Part shown: positions 25,977 to 35,703 of the stretch, in pieces
Layout: every line of letters starts with the position of its first letter
Numbering within the stretch: position 1 is the stretch's first letter
Source of the DNA: an uncultured Planctomycetales bacterium
GTDB taxonomy: Bacteria > Omnitrophota > Gorgyraeia > Gygaellales > Profunditerraquicolaceae
Direction: 5' to 3'
Assembly: GCA_964487475.1 (NCBI GenBank)
Contig: CAZAPM010000017.1
Location: 1 to 35,725 of the forward strand
DNA length: 35,725 nucleotides
Made by a program: the position numbers and the translations under genes
The notes under the pieces: generated by a model
What the model saw: only the letters and a program-made list of their open reading frames with translations
Databases searched by the model: none
What the model was told of the DNA's origin: nothing

Positions 25977-26871
25977 GGGCGGGGAATGGGTGCAGTTGAT
26001 GCGCCCCTTTTCCTTTACCGCGTCCATCGTTCCCGTGGCGCTGGGCAGCGCATTATCCTTTTCCTCGGGGCGCAGCGTGGCGTGGCTGCTGCTTCCCTGT
26101 ACGTTCCTTTCCGCGGTGACGCTGCTGGCGGCGACCAACGTGGCCAGCGAATATTTCGACCTTAAAAAGGGAGTGGACACGAAGGATTCGTACGGGTCGA
26201 GCCGGGTGCTGGTGGAGGGAGGGATCTCTCCGGAGGAGGCGCTGCGGTTTTCCGCGGCGCTTTTCGGGCTGGCGATCGTGTGTGCGCTTCCGCTGGTCGC
26301 CGTGCGCGGGCTGCCGTTGTTCTGGCTGCTGGCATTGGCAGTGCTGACGGGATTTTTTTACTCCGGATATCCTCTGGGGTATAAATATGCGGGGCTCGGG
26401 GATGCGGGAGTGTTCGTGCTGATGGGGCCGCTGATGGTGGCGGGCACGTTCTTCACGCTGACCGGAGGCTTCGAGCCGTACGCGGTGCATGCTTCGATCC
26501 CGGTCGCCTGTCTGGTGACCGCGATCCTGGCGGCGAACAATTTACGGGATATCCGGCATGACCGTCAGGCTCGCGTGCGCACGCTCGAGAATACCATCGG
26601 GTTCCGTGCCGGCAAGGTCCTTAACCTTGGGTACATCGTTGCGGCATATGTAAGCGTTGCCGTGATGGCGTCCCTGCGGGTGCTTCCGGTCTGGTCGTGG
26701 GCGGTGTTTTTGACCGTGCCGCTGGCGGCGAAGAACATCCGCGGGATACTTTCGGCAAGGGAAGATGCACCACAGGACCTGGCGTCTGCGGATGTGGCGA
26801 ATGCGCAGCTGCATTTGGCCTTCGGCACGATCCTGGTACTTGCGGTGTTCGCAGGAGGTCTGCTGCGGTGA
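25954..26871 (+). CDS. menA: 1,4-dihydroxy-2-naphthoate polyprenyltransferase (UbiA family)
   Basis: RPFSFTAS, N..SEYFD.KKGVD, YKY.GLGD, NNLRDI.HD motifs; multi-TM. Confidence 0.88.
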   Translation: MIRPMRDKGGEWVQLMRPFSFTASIVPVALGSALSFSSGRSVAWLLLPCTFLSAVTLLAATNVASEYFDLKKGVDTKDSYGSSRVLVEGGISPEEALRFSAALFGLAIVCALPLVAVRGLPLFWLLALAVLTGFFYSGYPLGYKYAGLGDAGVFVLMGPLMVAGTFFTLTGGFEPYAVHASIPVACLVTAILAANNLRDIRHDRQARVRTLENTIGFRAGKVLNLGYIVAAYVSVAVMASLRVLPVWSWAVFLTVPLAAKNIRGILSAREDAPQDLASADVANAQLHLAFGTILVLAVFAGGLLR

Positions 26872-27485
26872 AGGTCCTGCTAATCTGGATCGGCGTGGCG
26901 GCGTTGCTGTGGGGGATGATGTTCTCCCCCTGGACCGCGCATCTGTTGAATTTCTGGGTGGGGATGTCCGTTTCGGCCGCAGTGCTTATCGCGGCGGCGC
27001 TGAAAAACATCCGGATCGCGCGTACTCCTCTCTGGGGGTGGAAATCAGAATACCTGTTCGTGGGTATCGTTTCCGCGGCTATCCTTTATGGCGTGTTCTG
27101 GGCGGGGAAGATCGCTACCGCCGCGGTCTTCCCGCAGTCTCCGGCGCAGGTCTCGGCGGTATATTCGACCGCGTCGCAGGCCCCCGCGTGGCTTATCGCC
27201 GGACTGCTGCTGTTCTTGATCGGGCCGGCCGAGGAGATATTCTGGAGGGGATTCGTCCAGGAGCGTTGTGTTTCCTACTTGCGTCCGGCAGCGGGGTTCT
27301 GCGTGGCAGTGGCGGTGTATACGCTGGTGCACGTGTGGTCTTTTAATCCCATGCTGCTTGTGGCGGTGATGGTGTGCGGGATATGCTGGGGCTGGATGTA
27401 TATGCGGTACAGGTCATTGTGGCCGGGGATTATTTCCCACGGCTTTTGGGATGTCCTGGTGTTCGTGTTCTTTCCGTTAGGATAG
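26868..27485 (+). CDS. CPBP (CAAX protease-like) intramembrane glutamic endopeptidase
   Basis: EEIFWRG, Y.LVH, SHGFWD motifs; GTG start with SD AGGAGG overlapping the menA stop. Confidence 0.88.
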   Translation: MKVLLIWIGVAALLWGMMFSPWTAHLLNFWVGMSVSAAVLIAAALKNIRIARTPLWGWKSEYLFVGIVSAAILYGVFWAGKIATAAVFPQSPAQVSAVYSTASQAPAWLIAGLLLFLIGPAEEIFWRGFVQERCVSYLRPAAGFCVAVAVYTLVHVWSFNPMLLVAVMVCGICWGWMYMRYRSLWPGIISHGFWDVLVFVFFPLG

Positions 27486-27489
27486 AGAG

Positions 27490-30400
27490 ATGCCGAAGAA
27501 CAAATCCGTCAAAATATCCGATCTGCAGGCGCTGCTGGACGCGTATCCGCATTTTGCCGTGATGTTCGACCGTCAGGGCACCATTCTGGCGGTCGGGAAA
27601 GGTGCCGCGGCGGTCAAGGGCGTCCGGGTGGCGCCGAAAGTGGGCGGCTCCATGAGCGGTCTTTTTTCGCCCGAGGTCGCCGCGCGTAGACATGCGGCAA
27701 GCCAGGAGGTTTTCGATACCGGGAAGCAGAAGGTTTACCGTGATACGCGCGATGGCATGCACATCGAATCCCTCATGCTGCCGGTGTTCGGCACGGGCAG
27801 ATCGGCGGGCAAGGTAAGGGCGGTGGTGGTTTATTCCCAGGATATCACGGCACGCACGGAGATCCAAGCACAGCTTAAGGCAAACGAAGAGCGGTTCCGG
27901 TCCCTCTTTCAGACGATGGAGGAGGGGGTCGCCGTGCATGAGGTGGTCTACGACGAGCAGGGCACGCCCGTCAATTACCGCATCCTCGACGTCAATCCCT
28001 CGTATGAACGGATCGTCGGTTTGAAACGGGAGCAGGTGGTCGGTAAGCTGGCGACCGAAGTCTACGGGACCGCTGAGCCTCCGTATCTCGAGGCGTTCGC
28101 CTCCGTGGCGGAGAGCGGGGTGCCGGCGCACATGGAGACTTATTTCGATCCTCATAAGAGACATTACTGGATTGCGGTCACCAGTCCGGCCCGGGGGAAG
28201 TTCAATACTATCTTCATGGACGTCTCCGAGCAGAAACAGGCGTTCCAGAGACTCCAGGAGAGCGAAGAGCGTTTCCGTCAGCTGGCGGATAATATCGAGG
28301 GGGTCTTTTGGGTGGTGACCCCGGATTGGCAGCAGATCCTGTACCTGAGCAGCTCTGTCGAAAAGTATTGGGGTATCTCTGCGGATGAGCTTTCCCGTGC
28401 TCCCATGGCCTGGTTGCAGTCGGTGCTGGAAGAGGACAGGGAAAAGGTCGTTGAGAACATCCGGGTGAAGATCCGGGGGGATTTTTCCGATCCCGCGTTT
28501 CCCGAGTATCGCATCCGTCATGCTGACGGCACGGTGCGCTGGATCCTGGCGCGGGCGTATCCCATCCGCAATGCCTCCGGCGCTATCGTGCGCGTGGCGG
28601 GGATCTGCGAGGATGTCACGGCCCGCAAGATCGCGCAGGAGAAGCTGCGTATCCGCGAGGAATCCTACCGCAACCTGGTGGAGAACGTGCCGGGAGCGGT
28701 GTACCGGTGCGAGCTTGCCGTGCCGTGGCGGGTGAGTTTCATGAGCGAGGGGATAAAGGAGATCAGCGGCCGCCCGGTCTCGGAGTTCACCGAAGGGCGG
28801 ACCAAGTACGCGGATATGATCTATCCCCCGGATCTAAAGAAGGTCGACGAGGAAGTGGCGGCCGGGGTAGCGGCGCGCGCCATCTACGAGATGGAGTACC
28901 GCATCGTGCATGCCGACGGGACGCTCCGCTGGGTGCATGAAAAAGGCCGGCCGATCTGTTCCGACCAGGGGGAGCCGATGTACCTGGAAGGGGTGATACT
29001 GGATGTCACCACGCGCAAGTATGCCGAGGAATCGATCGAGGCGATCCTGCGCTTGACCTCCTCCGATATCGGAGGGGAGTTCTTCAAATCCCTGGCGGTT
29101 GCCGTCGGAAAGCTGCTGCAGGTGCGGCATGTGGTGATCGGTAGGATCGAGGCGGGAAGGAACGAGGTGCGGACCCTGGCTTTGTATGCCGATGGAAGGA
29201 TCGCGGAGAACGTCACCTATCCGCTTGCGGGTTCTCCCTGCGAGCAGGCGAAGGATAAGGGGATGGTCTATTTCCCGCATCGCATCAAGCAGCTTTTTCC
29301 CGCGGATGCCCTGATCTCCGGCATGGACGTCGAATCGTATCTCGGAGTGCCTCTGTTTTCCCATACCCGCGATCCCATCGGTATCTTTGCCATCCTGGAC
29401 CGCGCTCCGTTGGTAAATCCGGAACAGGCGAAGGTGATCATGAAGGTGTGTGCCGAACGTATCGCCGTGGAGCTGGAGCGGCTGCATTACGAAGAACAGC
29501 TGAAGGAAAACAACTCCAAGATGGAGAGCATCTTGCGTGCCGCTCCCATCGGTATCGGGGTGGTCTCGCAGAGGACCTTTGTCGAGGTGAACGACCGGAT
29601 AGTCCAGATGACGGGGTATACGCGCGAGGAGATGGTAGGGCGCAGCGCCCGCATGCTCTATACTTCGGATGAGGAATTCGAGTTTGTGGGAAAAGTGAAA
29701 TATTCGCAGATCAGCCATGAAGGCGTCGGTACGGTCGAGACGCGCTGGCAGCGTAAGGACGGAGAGATCATCGATGTGCTGTTAAGTTCCTGTCCTTTCG
29801 ACCCGGGTAATATGATCGCGGGAGTGGCGTTCACGGTCATGGATATCACCGAACGCAAGAAGATGGAGAAGGCCGTTAATCAGAGGATCATCGCCCTTAC
29901 GCAGCCGCTGGATGATACCGCGATGGAGGTAAAGTTCACCGACCTCTTTCCGCTCGAGGATATCCAGCGGATCCAGGATTCCTTCGCCGATGCCGCGGGG
30001 GTGGCTTCCATCATTACCGAAGTGGACGGCACTCCCATCACCAGGCCGAGCAATTTTTGCCGGCTCTGCAGCGAGCTTATCCGCAAGACCCCCCGGGGCC
30101 TGGCCAACTGTTACCGTTCCGACGCCATTATCGGGGGAAAGCACGTGGAGGGGCCGATCGTGCAGCCGTGTCTAAGCGGCGCACTCATGGATGCCGGGGC
30201 GAGCATTACCGTCGCTGGAAGGCATATCGCCAATTGGCTCATCGGCCAGGTGCTTGACGGCGAACCGGATGAGGAGCGCATGCGCGCGTATGCCCGGGAG
30301 ATCGAGGTGGATGAAGAGGAATATCTGGCGGCGCTTAAAGACGTCAAACGCATGCCGCGGGAGCAGTTCCAGAAGGTGGCGGAAGCGCTCTTCTTGATCG

Positions 30401-31101
30401 CCCGGCAGCTTTCCGAACTGGCGCTGAATAATATGCTGCAGGCGCGCAATATCACCGAGCGCAAGCGCGCCGAGGAGCAGCTCAAGGCCGCGCTGCGGGA
30501 GCGGGAGCTGCTGTTCCAGGAGTTGAACCATCGGGTCAAGAACAATCTCCAGGTCATTCTAAGCCTGTTCAACCTGCAGCGGTCGAAATCCAACGATCCG
30601 AAGCTGATCGAGTTGTTGGGGGAAGCGCACGGACGCGTACATTCCATCTCCCTGGCGCATGAGCGGCTGTATAATTCCCAAAGCCTGGGGAAGATCAATA
30701 TCAAGGATTATCTCGAGGGGTTGCTGGAGCACCTGCAGGCGTCATGGGAAGAGAAGAAGCATACGGTGCGTATCGCTGCAGGCATCTGTGCCTGCCCGGA
30801 TTTTGACATGGATAAGGCCATCCCCTGCGGGCTGATCGTCAACGAGCTGGTGACCAATGCGTTCAAGCATGCGTTCCCGGAGGGCCGCAGCGGAAAGATC
30901 GAAGTGACCATGTCTCCGGGCGGTCAGGGCGGGTATATTCTGGCGGTAAAAGACGATGGGATCATGTTGCCTCCGGAGGTCACCTTCGATGCCGCGAGCA
31001 CCCTGGGGCTGCGCCTGGTGCAGGCCCTGGCACAGTCGATCGGGCGCATTACGGTCGAGCGGGAGGGGGGTACGCGTTTCATCATGGAGATCGCCCCCTG
31101 A
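27490..31101 (+). CDS. Cytoplasmic multi-PAS/GAF/PocR sensor histidine kinase (HisKA_2 type)
   Basis: About five PAS domains, a GAF ([14 protein letters not shown]), PocR (IQDSFA..SNFCRLC..NCYRSD), [29 protein letters not shown]. Confidence 0.93.
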   Translation: MPKNKSVKISDLQALLDAYPHFAVMFDRQGTILAVGKGAAAVKGVRVAPKVGGSMSGLFSPEVAARRHAASQEVFDTGKQKVYRDTRDGMHIESLMLPVFGTGRSAGKVRAVVVYSQDITARTEIQAQLKANEERFRSLFQTMEEGVAVHEVVYDEQGTPVNYRILDVNPSYERIVGLKREQVVGKLATEVYGTAEPPYLEAFASVAESGVPAHMETYFDPHKRHYWIAVTSPARGKFNTIFMDVSEQKQAFQRLQESEERFRQLADNIEGVFWVVTPDWQQILYLSSSVEKYWGISADELSRAPMAWLQSVLEEDREKVVENIRVKIRGDFSDPAFPEYRIRHADGTVRWILARAYPIRNASGAIVRVAGICEDVTARKIAQEKLRIREESYRNLVENVPGAVYRCELAVPWRVSFMSEGIKEISGRPVSEFTEGRTKYADMIYPPDLKKVDEEVAAGVAARAIYEMEYRIVHADGTLRWVHEKGRPICSDQGEPMYLEGVILDVTTRKYAEESIEAILRLTSSDIGGEFFKSLAVAVGKLLQVRHVVIGRIEAGRNEVRTLALYADGRIAENVTYPLAGSPCEQAKDKGMVYFPHRIKQLFPADALISGMDVESYLGVPLFSHTRDPIGIFAILDRAPLVNPEQAKVIMKVCAERIAVELERLHYEEQLKENNSKMESILRAAPIGIGVVSQRTFVEVNDRIVQMTGYTREEMVGRSARMLYTSDEEFEFVGKVKYSQISHEGVGTVETRWQRKDGEIIDVLLSSCPFDPGNMIAGVAFTVMDITERKKMEKAVNQRIIALTQPLDDTAMEVKFTDLFPLEDIQRIQDSFADAAGVASIITEVDGTPITRPSNFCRLCSELIRKTPRGLANCYRSDAIIGGKHVEGPIVQPCLSGALMDAGASITVAGRHIANWLIGQVLDGEPDEERMRAYAREIEVDEEEYLAALKDVKRMPREQFQKVAEALFLIARQLSELALNNMLQARNITERKRAEEQLKAALRERELLFQELNHRVKNNLQVILSLFNLQRSKSNDPKLIELLGEAHGRVHSISLAHERLYNSQSLGKINIKDYLEGLLEHLQASWEEKKHTVRIAAGICACPDFDMDKAIPCGLIVNELVTNAFKHAFPEGRSGKIEVTMSPGGQGGYILAVKDDGIMLPPEVTFDAASTLGLRLVQALAQSIGRITVEREGGTRFIMEIAP

Positions 31102-31115
31102 TGCAGAAAATTCTG

Positions 31116-31143
31116 TTGCATCCGCAAGGTATTGGGATATAAT
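31116..31143 (+). promoter_or_regulatory. Putative sigma70 promoter
   Basis: TTGCAT-N16-TATAAT. Confidence 0.55.
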
Positions 31144-31184
31144 GATAATGATGAATTCACCGGCTATGATCCATTAATCAGATC

Positions 31185-31215
31185 AGGCAATACTTCAGGG
31201 TATTGCCTTTTTTTT
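31185..31215 (+). terminator. Rho-independent terminator
   Basis: AGGCAATAC / GTATTGCCT stem followed by a T-run to 31215. Confidence 0.75.
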
Positions 31216-31231
31216 CGCAGGCGGAGGAAGC

Positions 31232-31624
31232 ATGACACCCAAGGATGATGCCGTCGACGGCAAAAGAATGATCCTTGTGGTCGAAGACGACCCGATCATC
31301 GCGCTCGATCTGAAGGGTATACTCGAAAAACTCGGGTTTTCGGTACCGGCCACAGCGGCAAAAGGCGAAGAAGCGATCGAGATGGCGGAGCGCCTGAAGC
31401 CGGATCTGGTGTTCATGGATGTGAGGTTGCGGGGGAGGATGGACGGGATCGAGGCGTCCATGCAGATAATGAGCCGGTTCAATATCCCGGTCATCTATCT
31501 GACCGCTTCGATCAACGAGGAGAAGGTCCGCCGGATACATCCTTCGGGCAAGTGCATTTTCGTGACCAAGCCTTTCGAGGAGTATCAGCTGCGGGAAGCG
31601 ATCGAAACGGCCTTGGATTTTTAG
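31232..31624 (+). CDS. Single-domain response regulator
   Basis: ILVVEDD, PDLVFMD, IPVIYLTA, TKPF. Confidence 0.92.
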   Translation: MTPKDDAVDGKRMILVVEDDPIIALDLKGILEKLGFSVPATAAKGEEAIEMAERLKPDLVFMDVRLRGRMDGIEASMQIMSRFNIPVIYLTASINEEKVRRIHPSGKCIFVTKPFEEYQLREAIETALDF

Positions 31625-31683
31625 CGCAGTATACCCTTCCGTTACAAACCGCGGTGTAATTTCTTTGATCAGGGAATGAATTT

Positions 31684-32256
31684 ATGAAGCGCACCCTTCT
31701 TTCTGTCTTGTTATTGGCGGTCGCGGCATCCGGCTGGGTGATGTTCGCGTATCAGCAGCAGAAAATGGCGGATATGGCCCAATCGATCGAGGCGTCCGTG
31801 CTGCAGCAGGTCGAATACCGCCGTCAGGCGGAGGCGGCTTTGAAGGAAAAGCTGGAATCCAAGAAGAAAGCGGAGCAGTTCATGGTCCAGCGGGAGTATG
31901 AGCGGGAGCTGGAAGGGGCCTTGTCGAAGCAGTTGCGCGAGATAGAGAAGCTTTGCGCTTCACTGGACAAGGACCAGGAGGAATTGTTCACCCGGCAGAC
32001 GCAGACGGAAGAGGAGGCCGGGGTTCTCCAGGATCGGCTGGAAAAGCTGGGGACGGATGTGGCGGCGCTGCGCCGGATGTGGCAGGAGTCCACTGCGCAG
32101 GCGGGCCGGGTGCAGGAACAGCTTGCGGCAGAGCAGAAAAAAACCGTTTCGCTGCAGGCACAGTTGGATTCGATGCGTAAGGAATTGAAGGATCTGCGCA
32201 CACAGGCGGCTGCCCCTCAGGCAGCTGCGCCAAAAGGAGGAGAGAATGCAATTTGA
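31684..32256 (+). CDS. Membrane-anchored or exported coiled-coil protein
   Basis: N-terminal hydrophobic helix followed by E/Q/K/L-rich heptads. Confidence 0.75.
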   Translation: MKRTLLSVLLLAVAASGWVMFAYQQQKMADMAQSIEASVLQQVEYRRQAEAALKEKLESKKKAEQFMVQREYERELEGALSKQLREIEKLCASLDKDQEELFTRQTQTEEEAGVLQDRLEKLGTDVAALRRMWQESTAQAGRVQEQLAAEQKKTVSLQAQLDSMRKELKDLRTQAAAPQAAAPKGGENAI

Positions 32257-32755
32257 CGTCGAGACGCTGAAAAACATGGTGATCCAGTACGGCATCAATA
32301 TCCTGGCCGCGGTGATCATATTCATCGTAGGTAAGTGGGTGGCGAGGATGGTGGCGGATTTCGTCAAGAATTCGATGACCAAAGCCAAGGCGGACAAGAC
32401 GCTGGCCTCTTTTGCCACGAACATGCTCTACTTCCTCATCGTGACCTTCGTGGTGATCGCGGCGTTGAGCAAGCTGGGGGTGGAGACCACTTCTTTCGTG
32501 GCAGTGATCGGTGCGGCGGGTTTGGCGATCGGCCTGGCGCTGCAGGGATCCCTCTCCAATTTTGCCGCAGGGGTGATGCTGATCCTTTTCAAGCCTTTCA
32601 AGGCCGGGGATATGGTCGAAGCGGGCGGTGCTGCCGGGGAAGTGGATGAGATACAGATATTCACCACCGTGTTCAAGGGCCCTGACGGAAAGACCATCAT
32701 TGTGCCTAATTCCAAGATCACCAGCGATAAGATCACGATCGTAAAACGCTCCTGA
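32246..32755 (+). CDS. mscS: Small-conductance mechanosensitive channel, short form
   Basis: GAAGLAIGLALQGSLSNFAAG, KPFKAGD, G.V.EI.IF.T, IVPNS. Confidence 0.88.
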   Translation: MQFDVETLKNMVIQYGINILAAVIIFIVGKWVARMVADFVKNSMTKAKADKTLASFATNMLYFLIVTFVVIAALSKLGVETTSFVAVIGAAGLAIGLALQGSLSNFAAGVMLILFKPFKAGDMVEAGGAAGEVDEIQIFTTVFKGPDGKTIIVPNSKITSDKITIVKRS

Positions 32756-32760
32756 GCCGC

Positions 32761-32780
32761 GAAAAGTGCTTGCACTTTTC
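32761..32780. promoter_or_regulatory. Palindromic operator-like site overlapping a TTGCAC -35
   Basis: GAAAAGTGC-TT-GCACTTTTC perfect 9-bp IR; AT-rich -10 candidates follow. Confidence 0.45.
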
Positions 32781-32857
32781 TCCGGTTGTATTAATATATA
32801 TCAAATTGCTCTAATATTATAAGGTAAGGGAGTTCGACAGAAAAGAAAGGGACGGCA

Positions 32858-33238
32858 ATGAGAACGACAAGTGCGGTAGCGGCGTGTGTGGCTCTGGCGT
32901 TATTGGCGGGGGGGTGTGCGACGGCGAAAAAGAAAGCGCCTCCTGCAGCTGAACCGATGGAGATGGAAGCCAGCATGCCGGAAATGCAGACCGTATCCGT
33001 GCCTGAGCAGCCGGTGGTGGCGGAGGAGTTGCCGGCGGTCGATCCCCTGAAGATGTCCAAATCGGAAGTGCAGGTATGCCTGCGCAACGCCGGGTATTAC
33101 AAGGGTAAGGTGGACGGAGTGTTCGGGCCGAAGACCCGCGCGGCGATCAAGGCGTTCCAGAAGGATAACGGATTGCAGGTCGACGGCCTGGCAGGGAAAC
33201 AGACCAGGGGTGCCCTGGCGAAATATCTTAATAAGTAA
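32858..33238 (+). CDS. Lipoprotein with peptidoglycan-binding (PG_binding_1) domain
   Basis: Lipobox LAGGC; VQ..L...GYY.G.VDGVFGPKT..AIKAFQ..NGL.VDG.AG..T. Confidence 0.9.
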   Translation: MRTTSAVAACVALALLAGGCATAKKKAPPAAEPMEMEASMPEMQTVSVPEQPVVAEELPAVDPLKMSKSEVQVCLRNAGYYKGKVDGVFGPKTRAAIKAFQKDNGLQVDGLAGKQTRGALAKYLNK

Positions 33239-33267
33239 CGATTTCACAGCAGAAAAGCGGGTGTGCG

Positions 33268-34209
33268 ATGAGAACGGTTAAGGCGTGGGCGTGGATGTTA
33301 GCGGCGGGTATCGCGGTATTGTCTCTTTCCGGATGTGCGGCGGATCGGTCGGTCAAGCGGCAGGCGGAAGTGGACGAGATGCAGAAGGAGTTCGCCTGGT
33401 GGCCTACGGATGCCCAGCCTGCGCCGGTCAAGGATCCGAAGCGGGGAGGATACTGGTGGTGGCCTTCCCAGCCGGGGTCGGCACGCCCCTGGGGTAACCG
33501 CGGGTATGTGTACGTATACAAGATCATCTTCGATTATCAGGCCGACGAGATCCCCGCCGACCAGAAGATGCGGCCTTCGCTGCTGATCAAGAAGATCCTC
33601 AAGAACGTGAAGGTGTATTTCGACTATAACAAGTCTTCGGTGCGCGACGATGCCCGCAAGATCCTTTCCGACGCGGCCGGTACCCTCAAGCGCAATCCGA
33701 AATCGGAGATACTCATCACCGGTAACTGCGACGCGCGCGGTTCGGAAGAGTACAATAATAAACTCGGGCAGAAACGCGCCGCCTCCGTGAAAAAGTTCAT
33801 GATCGAAAGCGGCATTCCCGAGGAGCGTATCAAGATCGTCAGCCGCGGGAAACTCGATGCCGTGGCTCCGATCGCCGATCTGCAGGGCATGGCCAAGGAC
33901 CGTAATGCCCAGTTTATGATCGCGGAGGTGGAGGAGATGATGATCCCCGCCGACCGCATGCCGCCTACCGAGGCCGTGGAAGTGGAAGAGGGCAAGTTCG
34001 TCTCGGAAGAGGAAAAGGTGGTGGAGGGCGAGGTGCAGGTCTCTACCCGGGAATACCGGGTCAGGAAGAACGATTCACTGTGGAAGATCGCCCAGAAGGA
34101 GCTCGGCAATGGCTACCGCTGGAAATACCTCTACGAGCTGAACAAGGACCGTATCAAGAATCCCAACAAGCTCAAGGAAGGCCAGACGCTGATCATCCCG
34201 GTCGAGTAA
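33268..34209 (+). CDS. OmpA-family lipoprotein with C-terminal LysM domain
   Basis: Lipobox LSGC; VYFDYNKS, GNCDARGSEEYN..LG.KRA; YRVRKNDSLWKIA..N.D.I.NPN.L..GQ.L.IP. Confidence 0.92.
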   Translation: MRTVKAWAWMLAAGIAVLSLSGCAADRSVKRQAEVDEMQKEFAWWPTDAQPAPVKDPKRGGYWWWPSQPGSARPWGNRGYVYVYKIIFDYQADEIPADQKMRPSLLIKKILKNVKVYFDYNKSSVRDDARKILSDAAGTLKRNPKSEILITGNCDARGSEEYNNKLGQKRAASVKKFMIESGIPEERIKIVSRGKLDAVAPIADLQGMAKDRNAQFMIAEVEEMMIPADRMPPTEAVEVEEGKFVSEEEKVVEGEVQVSTREYRVRKNDSLWKIAQKELGNGYRWKYLYELNKDRIKNPNKLKEGQTLIIPVE

Positions 34210-34234
34210 GCGCAGGGTGCGATAACTCAAGCCT

Positions 34235-34510
34235 ATGCCCGAAGGGAAGCTTTATTACGGCATCTTTATCGCATGTTACTGCGGAGTGTTCGCGCTTTCC
34301 TGGTGCTTCGCGTTCAGGCTGAAGCTGTTCCGTGATATCGAGGATATCCTGAGCTTCGTGTTGATATCCTCGCATCGCGTTACTCCGCTGGACTTAAGCT
34401 ATACCTGGTTCGACGACTGGCTGATCAGCCGGCATAAGACGGTGGGGGTGCTGCTGGCGGCGGCTTCGGCGTATGTGCTTTATACTTTGGTGAGCCTGCT
34501 TTTCTGGTAA
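34235..34510 (+). CDS. Small two-TM membrane protein, unknown function
   Basis: Fills the gap in the operon; two hydrophobic segments. Confidence 0.65.
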   Translation: MPEGKLYYGIFIACYCGVFALSWCFAFRLKLFRDIEDILSFVLISSHRVTPLDLSYTWFDDWLISRHKTVGVLLAAASAYVLYTLVSLLFW

Positions 34511-34519
34511 GGAGGATCC

Positions 34520-34924
34520 ATGGAGGGACCTGTCCCGAAGCACGAGCGAAGGCGGACCAAGCGTACGCACTTGAAGCTTATCGTGCGGTATCAGGTGCAC
34601 GCTCCGGTGACGGTACGTTTTACCTCGGGCCATCAGGACATCAATGCCATTGCCGTGGATATCGCCGAACAGGGCATGGCGATCCTGACCAATTACGATA
34701 TTCCCCTGGGAACCGAGGTCAAGCTTCAGTTCATCCTGGTCAACGAGCCTCCCTGCGATATCAAAGGGCCTGCGCTTAAGGAGATCATGCTTTTGGGGAT
34801 CGTGCGTTATTCCCAGCATACTCCGGAGAAGGCGTTTAGGGCCGGGATCGAGTTCCAGCAGGTATCGCCCGAGAATCAGCAGTTCTTAAGCTATTTTGTC
34901 TCCTGCCGAAATTCCAATCCGTAA
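34520..34924 (+). CDS. PilZ-domain protein
   Basis: ERRRTKR (RxxxR), DIAEQGM (D/NxSxxG variant), GIEF; SD AAGGAGG. Confidence 0.85.
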   Translation: MEGPVPKHERRRTKRTHLKLIVRYQVHAPVTVRFTSGHQDINAIAVDIAEQGMAILTNYDIPLGTEVKLQFILVNEPPCDIKGPALKEIMLLGIVRYSQHTPEKAFRAGIEFQQVSPENQQFLSYFVSCRNSNP

Positions 34925-34982
34925 TGCCGCAGCGCGTGAAGGTTTCTTTGCGGGCCGGTCTTTAGGCCCCCCCAAGAATTTC

Positions 34983-35011
34983 TTTACATACGCCTGCAAA
35001 GCGGGTATAAT
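34983..35011 (+). promoter_or_regulatory. sigma70 promoter of tRNA-Arg/tadA/tRNA-Ser
   Basis: TTTACA-N17-TATAAT, 11 nt before the tRNA. Confidence 0.7.
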
Positions 35012-35022
35012 TAGTTCCCATT

Positions 35023-35096
35023 GCGCCCATAGCTCAATTGGATAGAGCATCAGCCTACGGAGCTGGTTGTTGCAGGTTCGATTCCTGCTGGGCGCA
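35023..35096 (+). tRNA. tRNA-Arg(ACG), CCA not encoded
   Basis: Acceptor GCGCCCA/TGGGCGC, D-arm GCTC/GAGC, anticodon loop CTACGGA, T-loop GTTCGATTC. Confidence 0.96.
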
Positions 35097-35110
35097 TTTT
35101 TTTATTTTCT

Positions 35111-35572
35111 ATGAACGCACACGAGTTTTTCATGGCCGAAGCGCTGAAAGAGGCCCGCAAAGCCTTTGCCGAGGATGAGGTGCCTGTCGGCGCGGTCATC
35201 GAGCAGGGGGGGCGGATCATCGCCCGCGGGTATAACCAGATAGAGCGGCTCAAGGACCCTACCGCTCATGCCGAGATGCTGGCGCTGACCTCGGCGGCGA
35301 ACTGCCTGGGTACAAAGTGGTTGCTGGACGCGGCGCTCTATGTTACAATTGAACCTTGCGCGATGTGCGCCGGCGCTCTGGTGCTGGCGCGCGTGAAACA
35401 CGTCTATTTCGGCGCCCGGGAGCCGAAAACCGGCGCCTGCGGGTCGCTTTTCAATATCGCCCATCATCCAAAGCTTAATCATCGTATCGCGGTCAAGGGC
35501 GGGATCCTGGCGGAGGAGTGCGCCGCGTTGGTAAGCGAGTTCTTCAAGCAAAAGCGAAGAGTCAGGAACTGA
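35111..35572 (+). CDS. tadA: tRNA adenosine(34) deaminase
   Basis: EVPVGAVI, DPTAHAE, TIEPCAMC, K.GACGS, LNH, FFKQKR. Confidence 0.95.
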   Translation: MNAHEFFMAEALKEARKAFAEDEVPVGAVIEQGGRIIARGYNQIERLKDPTAHAEMLALTSAANCLGTKWLLDAALYVTIEPCAMCAGALVLARVKHVYFGAREPKTGACGSLFNIAHHPKLNHRIAVKGGILAEECAALVSEFFKQKRRVRN

Positions 35573-35584
35573 ATCAAGGATTTC

Positions 35585-35673
35585 GGAGAGGTGGCAGAGC
35601 GGTCGAATGCAGTTGCCTGCTAAGCAATTGGGCTGGGTAACCGGCCCCCAGGGTTCGAATCCCTGCCTCTCCG
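35585..35673 (+). tRNA. tRNA-Ser(GCT), long variable arm, CCA not encoded
   Basis: Acceptor GGAGAGG/CCTCTCC+G, anticodon loop CTGCTAA, long variable arm, GTTCGAATC. Confidence 0.96.
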
Positions 35674-35703
35674 CTTTTTCTTTTCAGAGGGCATCATTTC
35701 ACT

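Noticed and set aside
26697..26867. N-terminal extension of the CPBP ORF
   Set aside because: Inside menA; GTG 26868 has an SD
27430..29718. Long minus-strand ORFs (363 aa, 294 aa), and similar ones at 5520-6461, 20957-21955 and 11068-11886
   Set aside because: Antisense shadows of well-supported genes in GC-rich DNA, with no recognisable motifs
31144..31215. Fluoride (crcB) riboswitch
   Set aside because: GATGAATTCACC is only superficially similar; the conserved 3' element is missing and the downstream gene does not fit
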